From an uncultured Chloroflexia bacterium (GTDB lineage: Bacteria; Chloroflexota; Anaerolineae; Anaerolineales; Villigracilaceae), in assembly GCA_963709295.1 (NCBI GenBank), contig CAVPVW010000003.1, forward strand, positions 403,283 to 467,282: a stretch of 64,000 nt of DNA, written 5' to 3'. Below are positions 1 through 10,136 of the stretch, in pieces. The translations under genes and the position numbers were made by a program. The notes beneath the pieces are model-generated. The model saw nothing but the letters and a program-made list of their open reading frames with translations, had not been told where the DNA came from and did not search any database. Position 1 is the stretch's first letter. The number at the start of each line of letters is the position of its first letter.

Positions 1-3
1 GGG

Positions 4-414
4 ATGACTGGCGCTATCACCGCCCTGGGAGACACACTGTTTCCTGCCGAAAGCCTTGTCCAGGGACTTGAGCAAGATTCTGATGCCAACGCTCATTTTC
101 TTATCCGGTTAAGGATCTATCACCCGCTCATTGCAATCCTTGTGGGGGCATATATTTTATATCTCGCTAAATACTTACGAAACCGCGAGGCTGAAAATAC
201 TTCACGCAAGTTAGGTTCAGCATTGTTCGTTCTAATTCTGATACAATGGGCAGCCGGGCTCGTGAATGTCATCCTGCTTGCTCCTGTCCCGATGCAGATT
301 ATTCATCTCCTGATCGCAGACCTGGTCTGGATTACCCTGGTGCTATTTGCGGCTGCGACGCTTTCGCATATGCCCGGTGATAAGAAACCAGATCCGATTC
401 TTGAGGCTGTGTGA
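4..414 (+). CDS. Polytopic membrane protein, C-terminal fragment; possible heme A synthase (CtaA/COX15-like) with paired His-containing TM helices. The 5' end lies outside the window.
   Basis: ORF is open from the window edge. It is hydrophobic with His residues in predicted TM helices (RIYHPLIAIL, MQIIHLLIADL). Its stop overlaps the GTG start of the next gene (GTGA). Confidence 0.35.
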   Translation: MTGAITALGDTLFPAESLVQGLEQDSDANAHFLIRLRIYHPLIAILVGAYILYLAKYLRNREAENTSRKLGSALFVLILIQWAAGLVNVILLAPVPMQIIHLLIADLVWITLVLFAAATLSHMPGDKKPDPILEAV

Positions 415-1898
415 GAAAAAGAGAGACTTCCTACTTATCCCGCTGGTTTTCGCTTGCGCTAATTGTTATTGCAGTCGTGCTTTTAATATTCCAATTGGTG
501 ACTTATAGCAGGCTGCGGACCTACTACCCTCCCGGGATGACCATTGCCGGCATCAAAGTCGGCGGTACAGATCCGCAAACAGCTAGCCAGCGCATACTTC
601 AAGTGTACGCCAATACACCTGTTGAGATCCGCCTCGGGGATCAAATCGTTCAAATGGATCCATCAAGCGCGGGATATGAGATCAACCTGGATTCGATGCT
701 TGCAGCAGCGGATTATGAAAGAACAGGTGGCGCCTTTTGGCTCGGATTTTGGGACTACCTAATAAATCGCCAACCTGCCCCCGCTGTAATCCCTTTAATC
801 GATGCTCTCAACCGCGAACAACTTGACGCTTATCTTTTGAACGAAATCGCAGCGCGATACGATACGCCAGCCATTCCAGCTCAACCGGTGGCCGGGAGTA
901 CACAATTTCAAACCGGTGCCCCAGGCCAATCGCTAGATATTGAGCGTGCAGCAGTTTTGATCGAGGATGCATTGCGTTCGTCATCAAACCGCTCGGTTAC
1001 CTTGCCGTTTTCAGATGTCAGACCGCCTCGGCCATCGGTAGAAAACCTGCAAATACAAATACAGCAAATAATCGATCTGGCCGGATTCGACGGGATTGTT
1101 GGTTTCTATCTCAAAGATTTGCAGTCTGGCGAAGTTCTCCACTTCGCCTACCAGGATGGAGAATTTAAATCGGTCGACCCAGATGTGGCTTTCACCGCTT
1201 CGAGTACGATCAAAATTCCCATCATGATTTCGACTTACAAGAACTCAGGTCCAGCGTTGGATGAGCAAACAAGAGATCTCATCCTGGACATGATCACAAA
1301 ATCTGAGAATCCCCAATCTGATGCATTGATGGCCAAACTCGATGAATACCGTGGACCCCTGATCGTTACCGAGACCCTTAGGCAGCTTGGGATCGAAAAC
1401 ACTTATATTGCCGGTTACTTCAAGGAAGGCGCTTTCCTTCTCGAGAACATTACGACACCCGCGAATTCTCGAACGGATGTGTCCACTAATCCTGACGCTT
1501 ATAATCAGGTCACGCCTTCGGATATTGGAACCATCCTTGAAGACCTTTACCAATGCTCGGTAACGGGGGGAGGCGCACTAATCGCAGCCTTTCCGGGGAA
1601 AATTGATAAGGCAGCCTGCCAGGAAATGATCGATTTTCTAAAACAGGACAGGATCGGCGTTTTGATCGAAGCCGGCGTCCCAGAGGGGACTCAACTCGCC
1701 CACAAGCACGGCTGGATAAGCGGTCCATCGGGAATTATTCAAAACATCAGCGACGCTGCCATTGTTTATACTCCAGGCGGGAACTATATCCTTGCAATTT
1801 ATGTATACCATCCCGTTCAAGCCATCTGGGAGCCTGTGTCGGAAATGATTGCGAAGATTTCCGAAGCATCCTATAACTATTTTAATATTTCAGATTGA
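411..1898 (+). CDS. Membrane-anchored serine hydrolase with a class A beta-lactamase-like / PBP-like fold
   Basis: N-terminal TM anchor. S-x-x-K motif (ASSTIKIP), SxN-like motif (KSENPQS) and a KTG-like KHG motif. 495 aa ORF. Confidence 0.55.
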   Translation: MRKRETSYLSRWFSLALIVIAVVLLIFQLVTYSRLRTYYPPGMTIAGIKVGGTDPQTASQRILQVYANTPVEIRLGDQIVQMDPSSAGYEINLDSMLAAADYERTGGAFWLGFWDYLINRQPAPAVIPLIDALNREQLDAYLLNEIAARYDTPAIPAQPVAGSTQFQTGAPGQSLDIERAAVLIEDALRSSSNRSVTLPFSDVRPPRPSVENLQIQIQQIIDLAGFDGIVGFYLKDLQSGEVLHFAYQDGEFKSVDPDVAFTASSTIKIPIMISTYKNSGPALDEQTRDLILDMITKSENPQSDALMAKLDEYRGPLIVTETLRQLGIENTYIAGYFKEGAFLLENITTPANSRTDVSTNPDAYNQVTPSDIGTILEDLYQCSVTGGGALIAAFPGKIDKAACQEMIDFLKQDRIGVLIEAGVPEGTQLAHKHGWISGPSGIIQNISDAAIVYTPGGNYILAIYVYHPVQAIWEPVSEMIAKISEASYNYFNISD

Positions 1899-1907
1899 TA
1901 TCCTGCG

Positions 1908-2606
1908 ATGAGCGATGCATTAAACCTTTATCGTCTGCAACAATTGGACACACGCCTGGCTCAAATCGAATCCAGGCAAAAAACCATCGCTGAAGCCCTA
2001 ACTTCTAATGCGCAAATGCAGGAAGCAAAATCGATTTTGGAATCGACCGCCGGAAGGAAGCAAGCGGTTTCGCACGAATTAAAGCAAAAAGAAAATGATG
2101 CTGCCGAAAAAAGGGCAAAAATCGACCAGATTGAATCTAATCTTTATGCGGGGAACATCCATAATCCAAAGGAATTGCAGGGCTTGCAAGCGGAACTCGA
2201 CTCGCTGAAACGAAACCTTGCCTCGCTTGAAGACCAGGAACTCCAGGAAATGCTGGCCTTCGACACTTTACAGGATGAATACAAAATCGCATCTGAGAAA
2301 TATGCTGAAATTCTCAATCGAGTCACCCTGGAAAACAAGGACCTGTTAATTGAACAAAGTAATTTGCAGAAGGAAGCAGAGCGTTTAAACGTGGAGCGTC
2401 AAGCAACAACGCAGTCAATCGAAAACAAACATTTATCCCTCTATAATGAGATTCGAGAACAGCGGCATGGAATTGCAGTAACGACTATAACCGACAACTC
2501 CTGCGATTCCTGCGGAGCGGTATTGACCCCTGCGCAGCAGCAGTCTGCACACCATTCCCATCAATTGTACCGATGCCTTTCATGTGGAAGGTTCATTTAC
2601 TCGTAA
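1908..2606 (+). CDS. Coiled-coil protein with a C-terminal C4 zinc ribbon (COG1579-like)
   Basis: Long heptad-rich central region. C-terminal CDSCG...17...CLSCG zinc-ribbon pattern. Confidence 0.55.
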   Translation: MSDALNLYRLQQLDTRLAQIESRQKTIAEALTSNAQMQEAKSILESTAGRKQAVSHELKQKENDAAEKRAKIDQIESNLYAGNIHNPKELQGLQAELDSLKRNLASLEDQELQEMLAFDTLQDEYKIASEKYAEILNRVTLENKDLLIEQSNLQKEAERLNVERQATTQSIENKHLSLYNEIREQRHGIAVTTITDNSCDSCGAVLTPAQQQSAHHSHQLYRCLSCGRFIYS

Positions 2607-2689
2607 ACTGCTCCAGGGCGGACTAACAATCCCCTTTCAAGGGGGCAAAGTCAAAACACAACCGAATAATTCCATAATAAAATAGACCT

Positions 2690-3964
2690 ATGTTCCCGGG
2701 TTTCCGAGTCGAGTTTGATTTGCTTTCATTGATATTGGGTGCCATATTGGCCACGGTTTTTTGGTGGTTGATCCAATTCTTGCGCCCGCAATGGAAACAA
2801 TTTCGCGAAAGCCTTAGAAAGAAAAAGGGCAAGGAAGTCGAAAAGCCATCAAAGGGACTTGAGGACAGGTATCGCAAGCTTGTCATGAGACAAGTACAGT
2901 CGATGCACATGGCAGCATCCCTGTTTTCTTTGGATGAGATCGTCATCCCCCCATTACTTTTGGCACCGCCGGCCCGCATCGAACCAGGCATGACCCATGC
3001 AGAAGAGGATGTGGTCAGCCAAACGCTTCCATACATGCCAGCGTTTCCTGAACTTGCTGCCGCATACAGGGCATCGAGCTTCTCGCTTGCCCAGGCCCTA
3101 GCAGGGAATACAAATCTTGTGCTGATCGGACAACCTGGTTCTGGAAAAACTGTTGCATTAGCCCACTTCGCAAATCAGCTGATAAACCGAGCGCCTGAGA
3201 CCAGCCATCTCAGAGGATACCTTCCATTTATCGCTCACATCAGCGACCTTGATATTCCTCCAAAATCAAACGACTTGATTTATTCCATTACCGATATCCT
3301 TTCAGAGCAGGCATCGGTATTCGATGCAGGGCGGATGCCAAAATTTGTTAGGCAGATCTTCGAGAACGGACAGGCCATTCTTCTGCTTGACGGGCTCGAT
3401 GAGCTTGCCCCTGAAGCTCTCAGGCAGGTCAGCGATTATGTAAAGCAAGTAATAAAGAATTACCCAAAAACGAAGGTGGTAGCAACCGGTACGCCGGAGT
3501 ATATTGACGGGTTTTTCAACATGGGTTTTTCACCCCTCGTGGTCCTTCCCTGGGGCATTGATCAACAAAAAGATTTTCTCGATAAATGGGCCAATCTATG
3601 GACCAGATTTATTTCAAACGAGGCATGGGCACAATCCTCTGTCCTCAGTGTCGACCCGGTCCTTTTGAACCAATGGCTGAGAACCGACGTGGTCAATCTT
3701 ACGCCACTCGAATTCACATTAAAAACATGGGGGGCTTATGCAGGCGATATCCGCGGGTCGCGCCCCATGGACTTCGTGGAAACGCATGTCCGCCGAATGA
3801 TGCCCGCCGGGATTCCCCTCGAGGCATTGGGAGTCCTTGGGTATCAAGTCATCGCCAACACTTCAACGATTTTCGACAGCCACAAAGGAAAGTCGTGGAT
3901 AAAGTCCTTTGAGCCCGCCGATGAGGAAAATGCAAGTACATCCGATTTCTGCGGAAGCCAGTAA
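2690..3964 (+). CDS. STAND/NACHT-type P-loop NTPase with an N-terminal transmembrane helix (N-terminal part of the gene)
   Basis: TM helix at aa ~10-30. Walker A GQPGSGKT, Walker B ILLLDGLDEL, and a GTPEYIDGF segment. The ORF runs straight into the HEAT-repeat ORF in another frame. Confidence 0.6.
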   Translation: MFPGFRVEFDLLSLILGAILATVFWWLIQFLRPQWKQFRESLRKKKGKEVEKPSKGLEDRYRKLVMRQVQSMHMAASLFSLDEIVIPPLLLAPPARIEPGMTHAEEDVVSQTLPYMPAFPELAAAYRASSFSLAQALAGNTNLVLIGQPGSGKTVALAHFANQLINRAPETSHLRGYLPFIAHISDLDIPPKSNDLIYSITDILSEQASVFDAGRMPKFVRQIFENGQAILLLDGLDELAPEALRQVSDYVKQVIKNYPKTKVVATGTPEYIDGFFNMGFSPLVVLPWGIDQQKDFLDKWANLWTRFISNEAWAQSSVLSVDPVLLNQWLRTDVVNLTPLEFTLKTWGAYAGDIRGSRPMDFVETHVRRMMPAGIPLEALGVLGYQVIANTSTIFDSHKGKSWIKSFEPADEENASTSDFCGSQ

Positions 3965-5273
3965 TTCAGATACGCCACCTGTCAATCCGGACGAAATAAT
4001 CGTTGATCAATTTGAAAGCACACAACAAAAGAAAACGAAAAAGAAAGGCGGTGCAAAAGCGCCTGCACCTAAAGCCAGCTTGCTCTCCAAGCTGACGGAT
4101 AGCGGGCTGCTCGAAAACCGCCGTAATGGACGCATACGTTTTGTTCATCTGACCTTTGGAGGGATTCTTGCCGGGGAAGTAATGAATTCGGCCTCCGCGT
4201 CGGTTATCCTCAACCAGGAGCCATGGAGTGGGCGCAGCCTGGCGTTAAATTCTTTCGCAGCCAAGGGCGATGCGTCCGAGATGGTGACCACATTGCTTTC
4301 GCAACAAGATGAAATGCTGGATCGAAATAAATTAATCGCAGGGCGATTCTTACGAGATGCTCCCAGGCAGGCCTCCTGGCGTTCAAAGGTGATGTCCGCT
4401 CTGGTGGAGTTGATAAAGACTGACAAGCCGGTAGCACTTCGAATGCAGGCAATCGCTTCCATCGCCTTAAGCGAAGATCAAACCGGATCGATGCTGTTCA
4501 GGCAGCTCCTGCAATTATCAGATAAGGATATTCGGTGCATGGCCGTACTGGCCAGCGGCGCTATTCGAGATAATAAATCAACCGATCAATTGATAGCATT
4601 AATCGGAGACATCAACCCACAAGTTCAACATGCGGCATGCCTTGCGCTGGTATCCATTGGCACATCTCAATCCCTAGAGGCAGTCGCTCGTGCACTGCTT
4701 CGGGGAGACGAGGGTTTACGCAGAGCAGCTGCCGAATCACTCTCAAACAACCGCGTCGAAGGACATGCCGCCCTGATGGAAGGCAGCAGCGCCAAGGATA
4801 TTCTCCTCCGGCGAGCGGTGGTCTATGGACTGGCAAGACTCCACGAGAAGTGGGTCACTGAAATTCTTGAGAAAATCCAGGTGGAAGATGAGCAATGGGT
4901 GGTCAGAAATGCGGCTGTCGAGGTGCTTGAATCAAGGACCAGGGTAAGCCCGCGTGTCCCCAGAAAACTGCAATCACCCCACGAAGCCCCATGGCTGATA
5001 GAATATGCTGGCAAGTATGGCGTTGGGATTGCTCCCGGCGCGCCTACAACGGACCTGCTTCTTCGGGCACTGAAGAGTGAGAAGGAAGAAGAACGCCTGG
5101 CAGCCTTGGGTTACTTGAAGTACATGCCATCCGAGAGCGTTATGAGCGGGCTCTATCAAATCTTCTTCTCGACTGATGATGCGCCAATGAAGGAAACTAT
5201 ATACCTGATCCTATGGGAATTTGCACTGGGAGGGATTAAAATTCCTTCTCCGATGCAGTACGGGCTGGGCTAA
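3909..5273 (+). CDS. HEAT / PBS-lyase repeat region; most likely the C-terminal sensor half of the same NACHT gene, joined by an apparent frameshift at ~3909-3964
   Basis: RFVHLTFGGILAGE resembles the post-NTPase FxH..F.E.LAA winged-helix motif of NACHT proteins. It is followed by repeated HEAT-like units (e.g. NPQVQHAACLALVSIG, RRAAAESL). It overlaps the upstream ORF by 56 nt in a different frame. Confidence 0.5.
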   Translation: MSPPMRKMQVHPISAEASNSDTPPVNPDEIIVDQFESTQQKKTKKKGGAKAPAPKASLLSKLTDSGLLENRRNGRIRFVHLTFGGILAGEVMNSASASVILNQEPWSGRSLALNSFAAKGDASEMVTTLLSQQDEMLDRNKLIAGRFLRDAPRQASWRSKVMSALVELIKTDKPVALRMQAIASIALSEDQTGSMLFRQLLQLSDKDIRCMAVLASGAIRDNKSTDQLIALIGDINPQVQHAACLALVSIGTSQSLEAVARALLRGDEGLRRAAAESLSNNRVEGHAALMEGSSAKDILLRRAVVYGLARLHEKWVTEILEKIQVEDEQWVVRNAAVEVLESRTRVSPRVPRKLQSPHEAPWLIEYAGKYGVGIAPGAPTTDLLLRALKSEKEEERLAALGYLKYMPSESVMSGLYQIFFSTDDAPMKETIYLILWEFALGGIKIPSPMQYGLG

Positions 5274-5325
5274 GCCAAATTCTCTGCGGTGTGTTCCTCA
5301 GGGAATTCAGTCAAAGGATTTCAAT

Positions 5326-6678
5326 ATGCTTATAATCCATGCAACACTCGTAACCTGGGAAAAACCTAACCGGATCCTGGCGGATCATGGATTGTTCATC
5401 GGGCAGGATGGAAAAATTGAGGACATAGGTCCTTCTCGTGAAATCATAGCCCGCCATCCTGGGGCTCTTCTCCTGGATGCGCAATCTCAGCTTGTACTCC
5501 CTGGAAATATTTGCGCGCACACCCATTTTTATGGAGCTTTTGCAAGAGGCATGGCTGTACACGGGAAACCGCCCATTGCGTTTCCGGATATCCTTAAACA
5601 GCTATGGTGGCCTCTGGATCAAGCCCTGTCCGAAGATGACATCCGATATTCAACATTGGTATGCCTGGTAGATGCCATCAGGCATGGAACGACAACCTTA
5701 TTTGATCATCACGCATCCCCGAACTTTATAGACGGATCCTTGGATGTTATCGCCGAATCGGTTCAGCAATCCGGACTAAGGGCGGTGCTGTGTTATGAAG
5801 TAACCGATCGCGGAGGAAAAGAAAAAGCAAGTGCAGGTATAAATGAAAATGTGCGTTTTATAAAAAAGGTTGCCAACAACAGGACTCCGCATTTGGCTGC
5901 CACTTTCGGGCTTCATGCGCCGTTGACGTTATCAGATAGGACGCTTGATTCCTGCCTGGCAGCTCACCCGTCCCATGGCGGATTTCACACCCATCTCTCT
6001 GAGAGTCTCTGGGACGCCAGACAAGTGAAAAAGGACGGTCACGGGACGCCGACCGGTTGGTTTAAGAAGCATGGCATCTTGGGACCGAAATCCATCGCAG
6101 CGCATTTTGTCCACTCAACAAAAGCTGAGCGAAAAATGATTGCCGAATCGGGCACATGGATCACCCACCAGCCGCGGTCCAACATGAACAACGGTGTCGG
6201 AGTCGCACCGGTGGAGGAGTTACTTGACGCAGGGATTAAAGTCTGCCTAGGGAATGACGGATTTTCAAATAATATGTACGAGGAATGGAACGCTGCTTAT
6301 TTGCTCCCGAAATCCCATCAAAAAGACCCGCGCGCGATGCATGGTTATAAAATTGTGGATATCGGAATTTACAACAATGCTGCTCTGGCTAACACGTTTT
6401 TCCCCGTAGAACTTGGAGCCATTAAACCAGGCGCGGCTGCGGATCTGGTTTTCATAGACTACAACCCGTACACAGAATTGAGCGATGGGAATCTACCCTG
6501 GCACATCTTGTTCGGCTTTCGATCCGGGATGGTGACGACAACCATCGTCAACGGCAAGGTCTTGATGAGGAACAGAGAACTGACCACCCTGGATGAAGAT
6601 CAGATCATGCGGCGTTCCAGAGAATTGTCAGTCCAGGTCTGGAAAAGGTACGATAAGCAATTTAAATCATCTCGTTAG
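5326..6678 (+). CDS. ssnA: Putative aminohydrolase SsnA (amidohydrolase superfamily, selenium/purine-associated)
   Basis: Strong recognizable similarity to E. coli SsnA: HTHFYGAFARGM (E. coli HNHFYSGLSRGI), LWWPLDQALSEDD (LWWRLDRALDEE), DHHASP, ENVRF. The start at 5326 has an AAAGGA RBS. Confidence 0.7.
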   Translation: MLIIHATLVTWEKPNRILADHGLFIGQDGKIEDIGPSREIIARHPGALLLDAQSQLVLPGNICAHTHFYGAFARGMAVHGKPPIAFPDILKQLWWPLDQALSEDDIRYSTLVCLVDAIRHGTTTLFDHHASPNFIDGSLDVIAESVQQSGLRAVLCYEVTDRGGKEKASAGINENVRFIKKVANNRTPHLAATFGLHAPLTLSDRTLDSCLAAHPSHGGFHTHLSESLWDARQVKKDGHGTPTGWFKKHGILGPKSIAAHFVHSTKAERKMIAESGTWITHQPRSNMNNGVGVAPVEELLDAGIKVCLGNDGFSNNMYEEWNAAYLLPKSHQKDPRAMHGYKIVDIGIYNNAALANTFFPVELGAIKPGAAADLVFIDYNPYTELSDGNLPWHILFGFRSGMVTTTIVNGKVLMRNRELTTLDEDQIMRRSRELSVQVWKRYDKQFKSSR

Positions 6679-6687
6679 GATACTCAC

Positions 6688-7386
6688 ATGGAAACCGACA
6701 AACGATGGACCATAGCGGTACTGGGGGGAACAGGCAAAGAAGGCAAAGGACTCGCTTCAAGGTGGGCAAAAGCCGGGTTATCGGTGGTCATTGGCTCAAG
6801 GAACATTGACAGGGCCAAGGAGGCTGCAGCAGAAATTAATTCGGCCAAATGTCCCATTTCGGTGCAGGGAAAAGATAATTTAAATGCGGCACGCGCAGCC
6901 GATATTGTTGTTCTCTCGGTGCCCTATTCAGCCCATCGGGAGACACTCGAAACAGTAAAATCCGCCTTGCAGGGAAAAATTCTTGTTGACGTTACGGTGC
7001 CATTGGTGCCTCCCAAGGTAACCAAAGTCCAGATGCCGCCTGCGGGATCCGCCGCACTCGAAGCAAGAGAAATCCTTGGTGACACTGCCGAAATCGCATC
7101 TGCCTTCCAAAACATATCTTTCGAACACCTTCAAGGGGATCACGAGATCGGCTGCGATGTTCTTGTCACCGGTACAAGCAAAGAAACCCGGGCAGTTGCA
7201 TTGGACTTGGTCTCGCAAGCCGGATTGGCAGGCTGGGACGCAGGTCCTTTGGAGAACTCGATGGTGGCTGAAGGTCTCACCAGCATACTGATCCATATCA
7301 ATAAGATCTACGGCGCCAACCATGCCGGAATTAAAATTACCGGTGTGCCGGATAAAAATCAACCCTCTCGGGAAATCACAAAGTAA
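6688..7386 (+). CDS. npdG: NADPH-dependent F420 reductase (F420H2:NADP+ oxidoreductase)
   Basis: N-terminal Rossmann motif IAVLGGTGKEGKGLASRWAKAGLSVVIGSR, typical of the Fno/NpdG family. ~230 aa. Confidence 0.65.
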   Translation: METDKRWTIAVLGGTGKEGKGLASRWAKAGLSVVIGSRNIDRAKEAAAEINSAKCPISVQGKDNLNAARAADIVVLSVPYSAHRETLETVKSALQGKILVDVTVPLVPPKVTKVQMPPAGSAALEAREILGDTAEIASAFQNISFEHLQGDHEIGCDVLVTGTSKETRAVALDLVSQAGLAGWDAGPLENSMVAEGLTSILIHINKIYGANHAGIKITGVPDKNQPSREITK

Positions 7387-8155
7387 ATGGCTTTATCGCT
7401 AATCCCACTCAAGGGGATCCCGATTATCACCCCAGGCTTGGACCTTGCCGAGGTGATAATAAAGGGTATGAACTCCTCCAACCTTGAACTTCAAGGCAAT
7501 GACATAATCGTCATCGCACAAAAAATAGTAAGCAAGTCCGAAGGGAGGCTGGTTAATCTTGCAACCGTTACCCCTTCCAGAGTCTGCAATCGAGCTGGGG
7601 ATCAAAGCAGACAAGGATCCGCGGCTGGTTGAATTAATCCTGAGAGAAAGCAACAAGGTACTTCGCACGCGCCCGGGAACGATCATCGTCGAGCACAAAT
7701 TGGGCTTCATATGTGCCAGCGCAGGAATTGACCATTCCAACGTAAGAGGCGAAGGAAACGCAAACGAAGAGTGGGTTTTACTCCTCCCCGAGAATCCCGA
7801 CGAGACTGCTCGTATTATCAGAAAATCCTTGGAAAAAAAATACGGCGTGCCGATCGGTGTGCTCATCAACGATTCGCATGGTCGCGCATGGCGCATCGGA
7901 ACAGTCGGGATAACCGTCGGGATCAGCGGCATTCCCGCGGTCGTTGATGAACGGGGGTGGAAGGATCTCACTGGGTTTAAATTGAGGATAACGGAGGTCG
8001 GGGCTGCCGATGAGTTGGCTGCAGCAGCCTCCCTTGTGATGGGTCAGGCTGCTGAAGGGACCCCAATTGTCCATGTTCGTGGTTTTCCTTATCCCCTGCG
8101 GGAAAGCCATCTCGGAGAGCTCCTAAGACCGAAGGATCAAGACTTATTCAGGTAA
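7387..8155 (+). CDS. cofE: Coenzyme F420-0:L-glutamate ligase CofE (FbiB N-domain-like), interrupted by an apparent 1-nt frameshift at ~7575-7585
   Basis: Frame 1 (7387-7632) gives the CofE N-terminus ...IAQKIVSKSEGRLVNL. Frame 2 (from 7559) continues PESAIELGIKADKDPRLVELILRESNKVLRTRPGTIIVEHKLGFICASAGIDHSNV. The frame switch is at ACCCCTTCCAGAGTC. Confidence 0.6.
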
Positions 8156-8178
8156 TCCCCCGATTGAAGAGGATCAAA

Positions 8179-8577
8179 ATGACAAAAATTCCTGACAGCC
8201 ACCTGGATTTACTAAAAGACGAATCAAAAGCCATCGCCTACCTGGCCACGATCATGAAAGATGGCTCCCCTCAAGTCACACCCGTCTGGTTCAACTTCGA
8301 TGGCGAGAATATTTTTATTAATTCCGCAGAAGGTCGTATCAAGGACCGAAATATGCGCTCGCGCCCCATCATCGCCATAACCATTCAGGATCCTGCCACC
8401 TTTTACCGGTATTTACAATTGCGAGGCAAGGTGATCGGCTTTTCCCACGACGGCGCCGACGACCACATCGATGCGCTGTCGTTCAAATACACTGGCAAGC
8501 CTCAATACGAATGGCGAAACAAGAACGAAAAAAGGATCAAATACAAGGTCCAGATCGACAAAGTGGATGCGCACTAA
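8179..8577 (+). CDS. PPOX-class (pyridoxamine 5'-phosphate oxidase-like) F420-dependent enzyme family protein
   Basis: Small split-barrel protein. The motif QVTPVWFNFDGENIFINSAEGRIK is typical of PPOX-class F420/FMN-binding proteins. GAAGAGGA RBS before the ATG at 8179. Confidence 0.5.
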   Translation: MTKIPDSHLDLLKDESKAIAYLATIMKDGSPQVTPVWFNFDGENIFINSAEGRIKDRNMRSRPIIAITIQDPATFYRYLQLRGKVIGFSHDGADDHIDALSFKYTGKPQYEWRNKNEKRIKYKVQIDKVDAH

Positions 8578-9180
8578 GTGGACGCCCAACTCTTTCTTCG
8601 ATCACGGCGAAGCGTTAGAAGGTTCAGTGAACAGCCTGTAGACACCAACCTGCTCAAACGCATCATTGAAACGTCAACGTATGCCCCTTCGGCGCACAAC
8701 CGCCAACCCTGGCGATATGCTGTCATTGCCTCCCAGCGCATGAAAAAAGCATTGGCGGATGGCATGGCAGCAGAATTTGAACGCGACCTGTCAAAGGATG
8801 GTCTTGCGGAAGTTGAAATCCATCGCAGATTGGAGCGGTCCCGGAATCGAATCGAGCAGGCGCCGGTCGTGATCATTCTCTGCCTTGACGAATCAAATCT
8901 CGACCAATACAGTGACGACCGAAGGCAAGGCGCGGAAACGATCATGGGCATCCAGTCCATATCGATGGCAGGGCTTCAACTCCTGTTGGCAGCGACCGCC
9001 GAAGGGCTGGGGGGAGTCTGGACATGCGGTCCCCTCTTTGCGCAAGATTACGTCCGATCGGTTCTTCAACTTCCCGGGCCATGGAAACCGCAAGGCATGA
9101 TCCTTTTGGGTTATCCAGGCGAAACTCCTCAAGGCAAAGACATCAAATCCATCGAAGAAGTCGTGAAATTCATCGATTAA
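8578..9180 (+). CDS. Nitroreductase-family protein; stand-alone homolog of the FbiB C-terminal (dehydro-F420-0 reductase) domain
   Basis: RRSVRRF...PSAHNRQPWRY nitroreductase N-terminal signature. Sits between cofE and cofD. Confidence 0.5.
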   Translation: MDAQLFLRSRRSVRRFSEQPVDTNLLKRIIETSTYAPSAHNRQPWRYAVIASQRMKKALADGMAAEFERDLSKDGLAEVEIHRRLERSRNRIEQAPVVIILCLDESNLDQYSDDRRQGAETIMGIQSISMAGLQLLLAATAEGLGGVWTCGPLFAQDYVRSVLQLPGPWKPQGMILLGYPGETPQGKDIKSIEEVVKFID

Positions 9181-9200
9181 TTTCAAAAAACGGAGAGGCG

Positions 9201-10136
9201 ATGAAGATCGTTGCCCTGGCAGGTGGCGTGGGTGGAGCAAAGCTGGTGGATGGATTGGCGCAGATCCTGCCGGCTGAAGATTTAACCGTGGTGGTCAATA
9301 CAGGAGATGATTTTCACCACTGGGGATTGAAAATTTGCCCGGATTTGGATACCGTTTGTTACACCGTCGCCGGACTGGCTAACCCCGAAACAGGTTGGGG
9401 GCGCAATAATGAAACCTGGAATGTGATTTCCGAGATCTCCCGGTTGAACGGGGTTGACTGGTTCAGAATCGGGGACCGCGATCTCGCCACCCACATAGAA
9501 AGGACAGAACGGCTCGCATCCGGCCAGAGACTCTCTGAGATTGTTCACGACTTCTGCCAATCCTGGGGGATCGAAATCACGATTTTACCCATGTCCGACG
9601 ACCCCGTCGAGACCATTGTCATTACTGCCGAACATGGCGAATTGGCATTCCAGGAATATTTTGTTCACCAACATTGTGATCCAAAAGTCAAAGGTTTTAA
9701 GTTTGCCGGAGTTGAGTTCTCGAGACCGGCCATCGGAGTATTGGAATCAATTGCAGGTGCGGATGCCGTTATCTTATGCCCGTCCAACCCCTGGGTAAGT
9801 TTGGATCCAATTCTGTCCGTACCCGGCATCCTCCCGGCGATTAAATCCAGAAAAATTGTTGCAGGGGTCTCGTCCATCGTAGGTGGAGCCGCCATCAAAG
9901 GACCAGCTGCAAAAATGTTCTCGGAGTTGAACATCGAACCCTCTGCATTCGCGGTTGCTCAACAATACAAAGGGATGATTTCGCATTTCGTCATTGATTT
10001 AATCGACCACGATCTTGAGCGAAATATTTCCAGCCTGGGGATGAAAACGACTGCCGTCAACACGGTGATGAAAACCCGGGATGACCGACGCCAGCTTGCC
10101 TCAGATGTGCTAAACTTTGTGCAGAGAGCGGCATGA
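9201..10136 (+). CDS. cofD: 2-phospho-L-lactate transferase CofD (LPPG:FO transferase)
   Basis: MKIVALAGGVGGAKLVDGL...VVNTGDDFHHWGL..PDLDTVCYTVAG is the CofD family signature. GGAGAGG RBS. Stop overlaps the cofC start (ATGA). Confidence 0.75.
   Translation: MKIVALAGGVGGAKLVDGLAQILPAEDLTVVVNTGDDFHHWGLKICPDLDTVCYTVAGLANPETGWGRNNETWNVISEISRLNGVDWFRIGDRDLATHIERTERLASGQRLSEIVHDFCQSWGIEITILPMSDDPVETIVITAEHGELAFQEYFVHQHCDPKVKGFKFAGVEFSRPAIGVLESIAGADAVILCPSNPWVSLDPILSVPGILPAIKSRKIVAGVSSIVGGAAIKGPAAKMFSELNIEPSAFAVAQQYKGMISHFVIDLIDHDLERNISSLGMKTTAVNTVMKTRDDRRQLASDVLNFVQRAA

Noticed and set aside
2607-2689. Possible terminator after the zinc-ribbon gene (CCCCTTTCAAGGGGG)
   Set aside because: Short 6-bp stem with a 3-nt loop and no T-tract. 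Insufficient.
3586-3912. 108-aa ORF in a third frame inside the NACHT gene
   Set aside because: Embedded out of frame in a gene with Walker motifs. Arg/Pro-rich composition.
7399-7971. 190-aa minus-strand ORF antisense to cofE
   Set aside because: Antisense to a gene with clear family signature. No start context.
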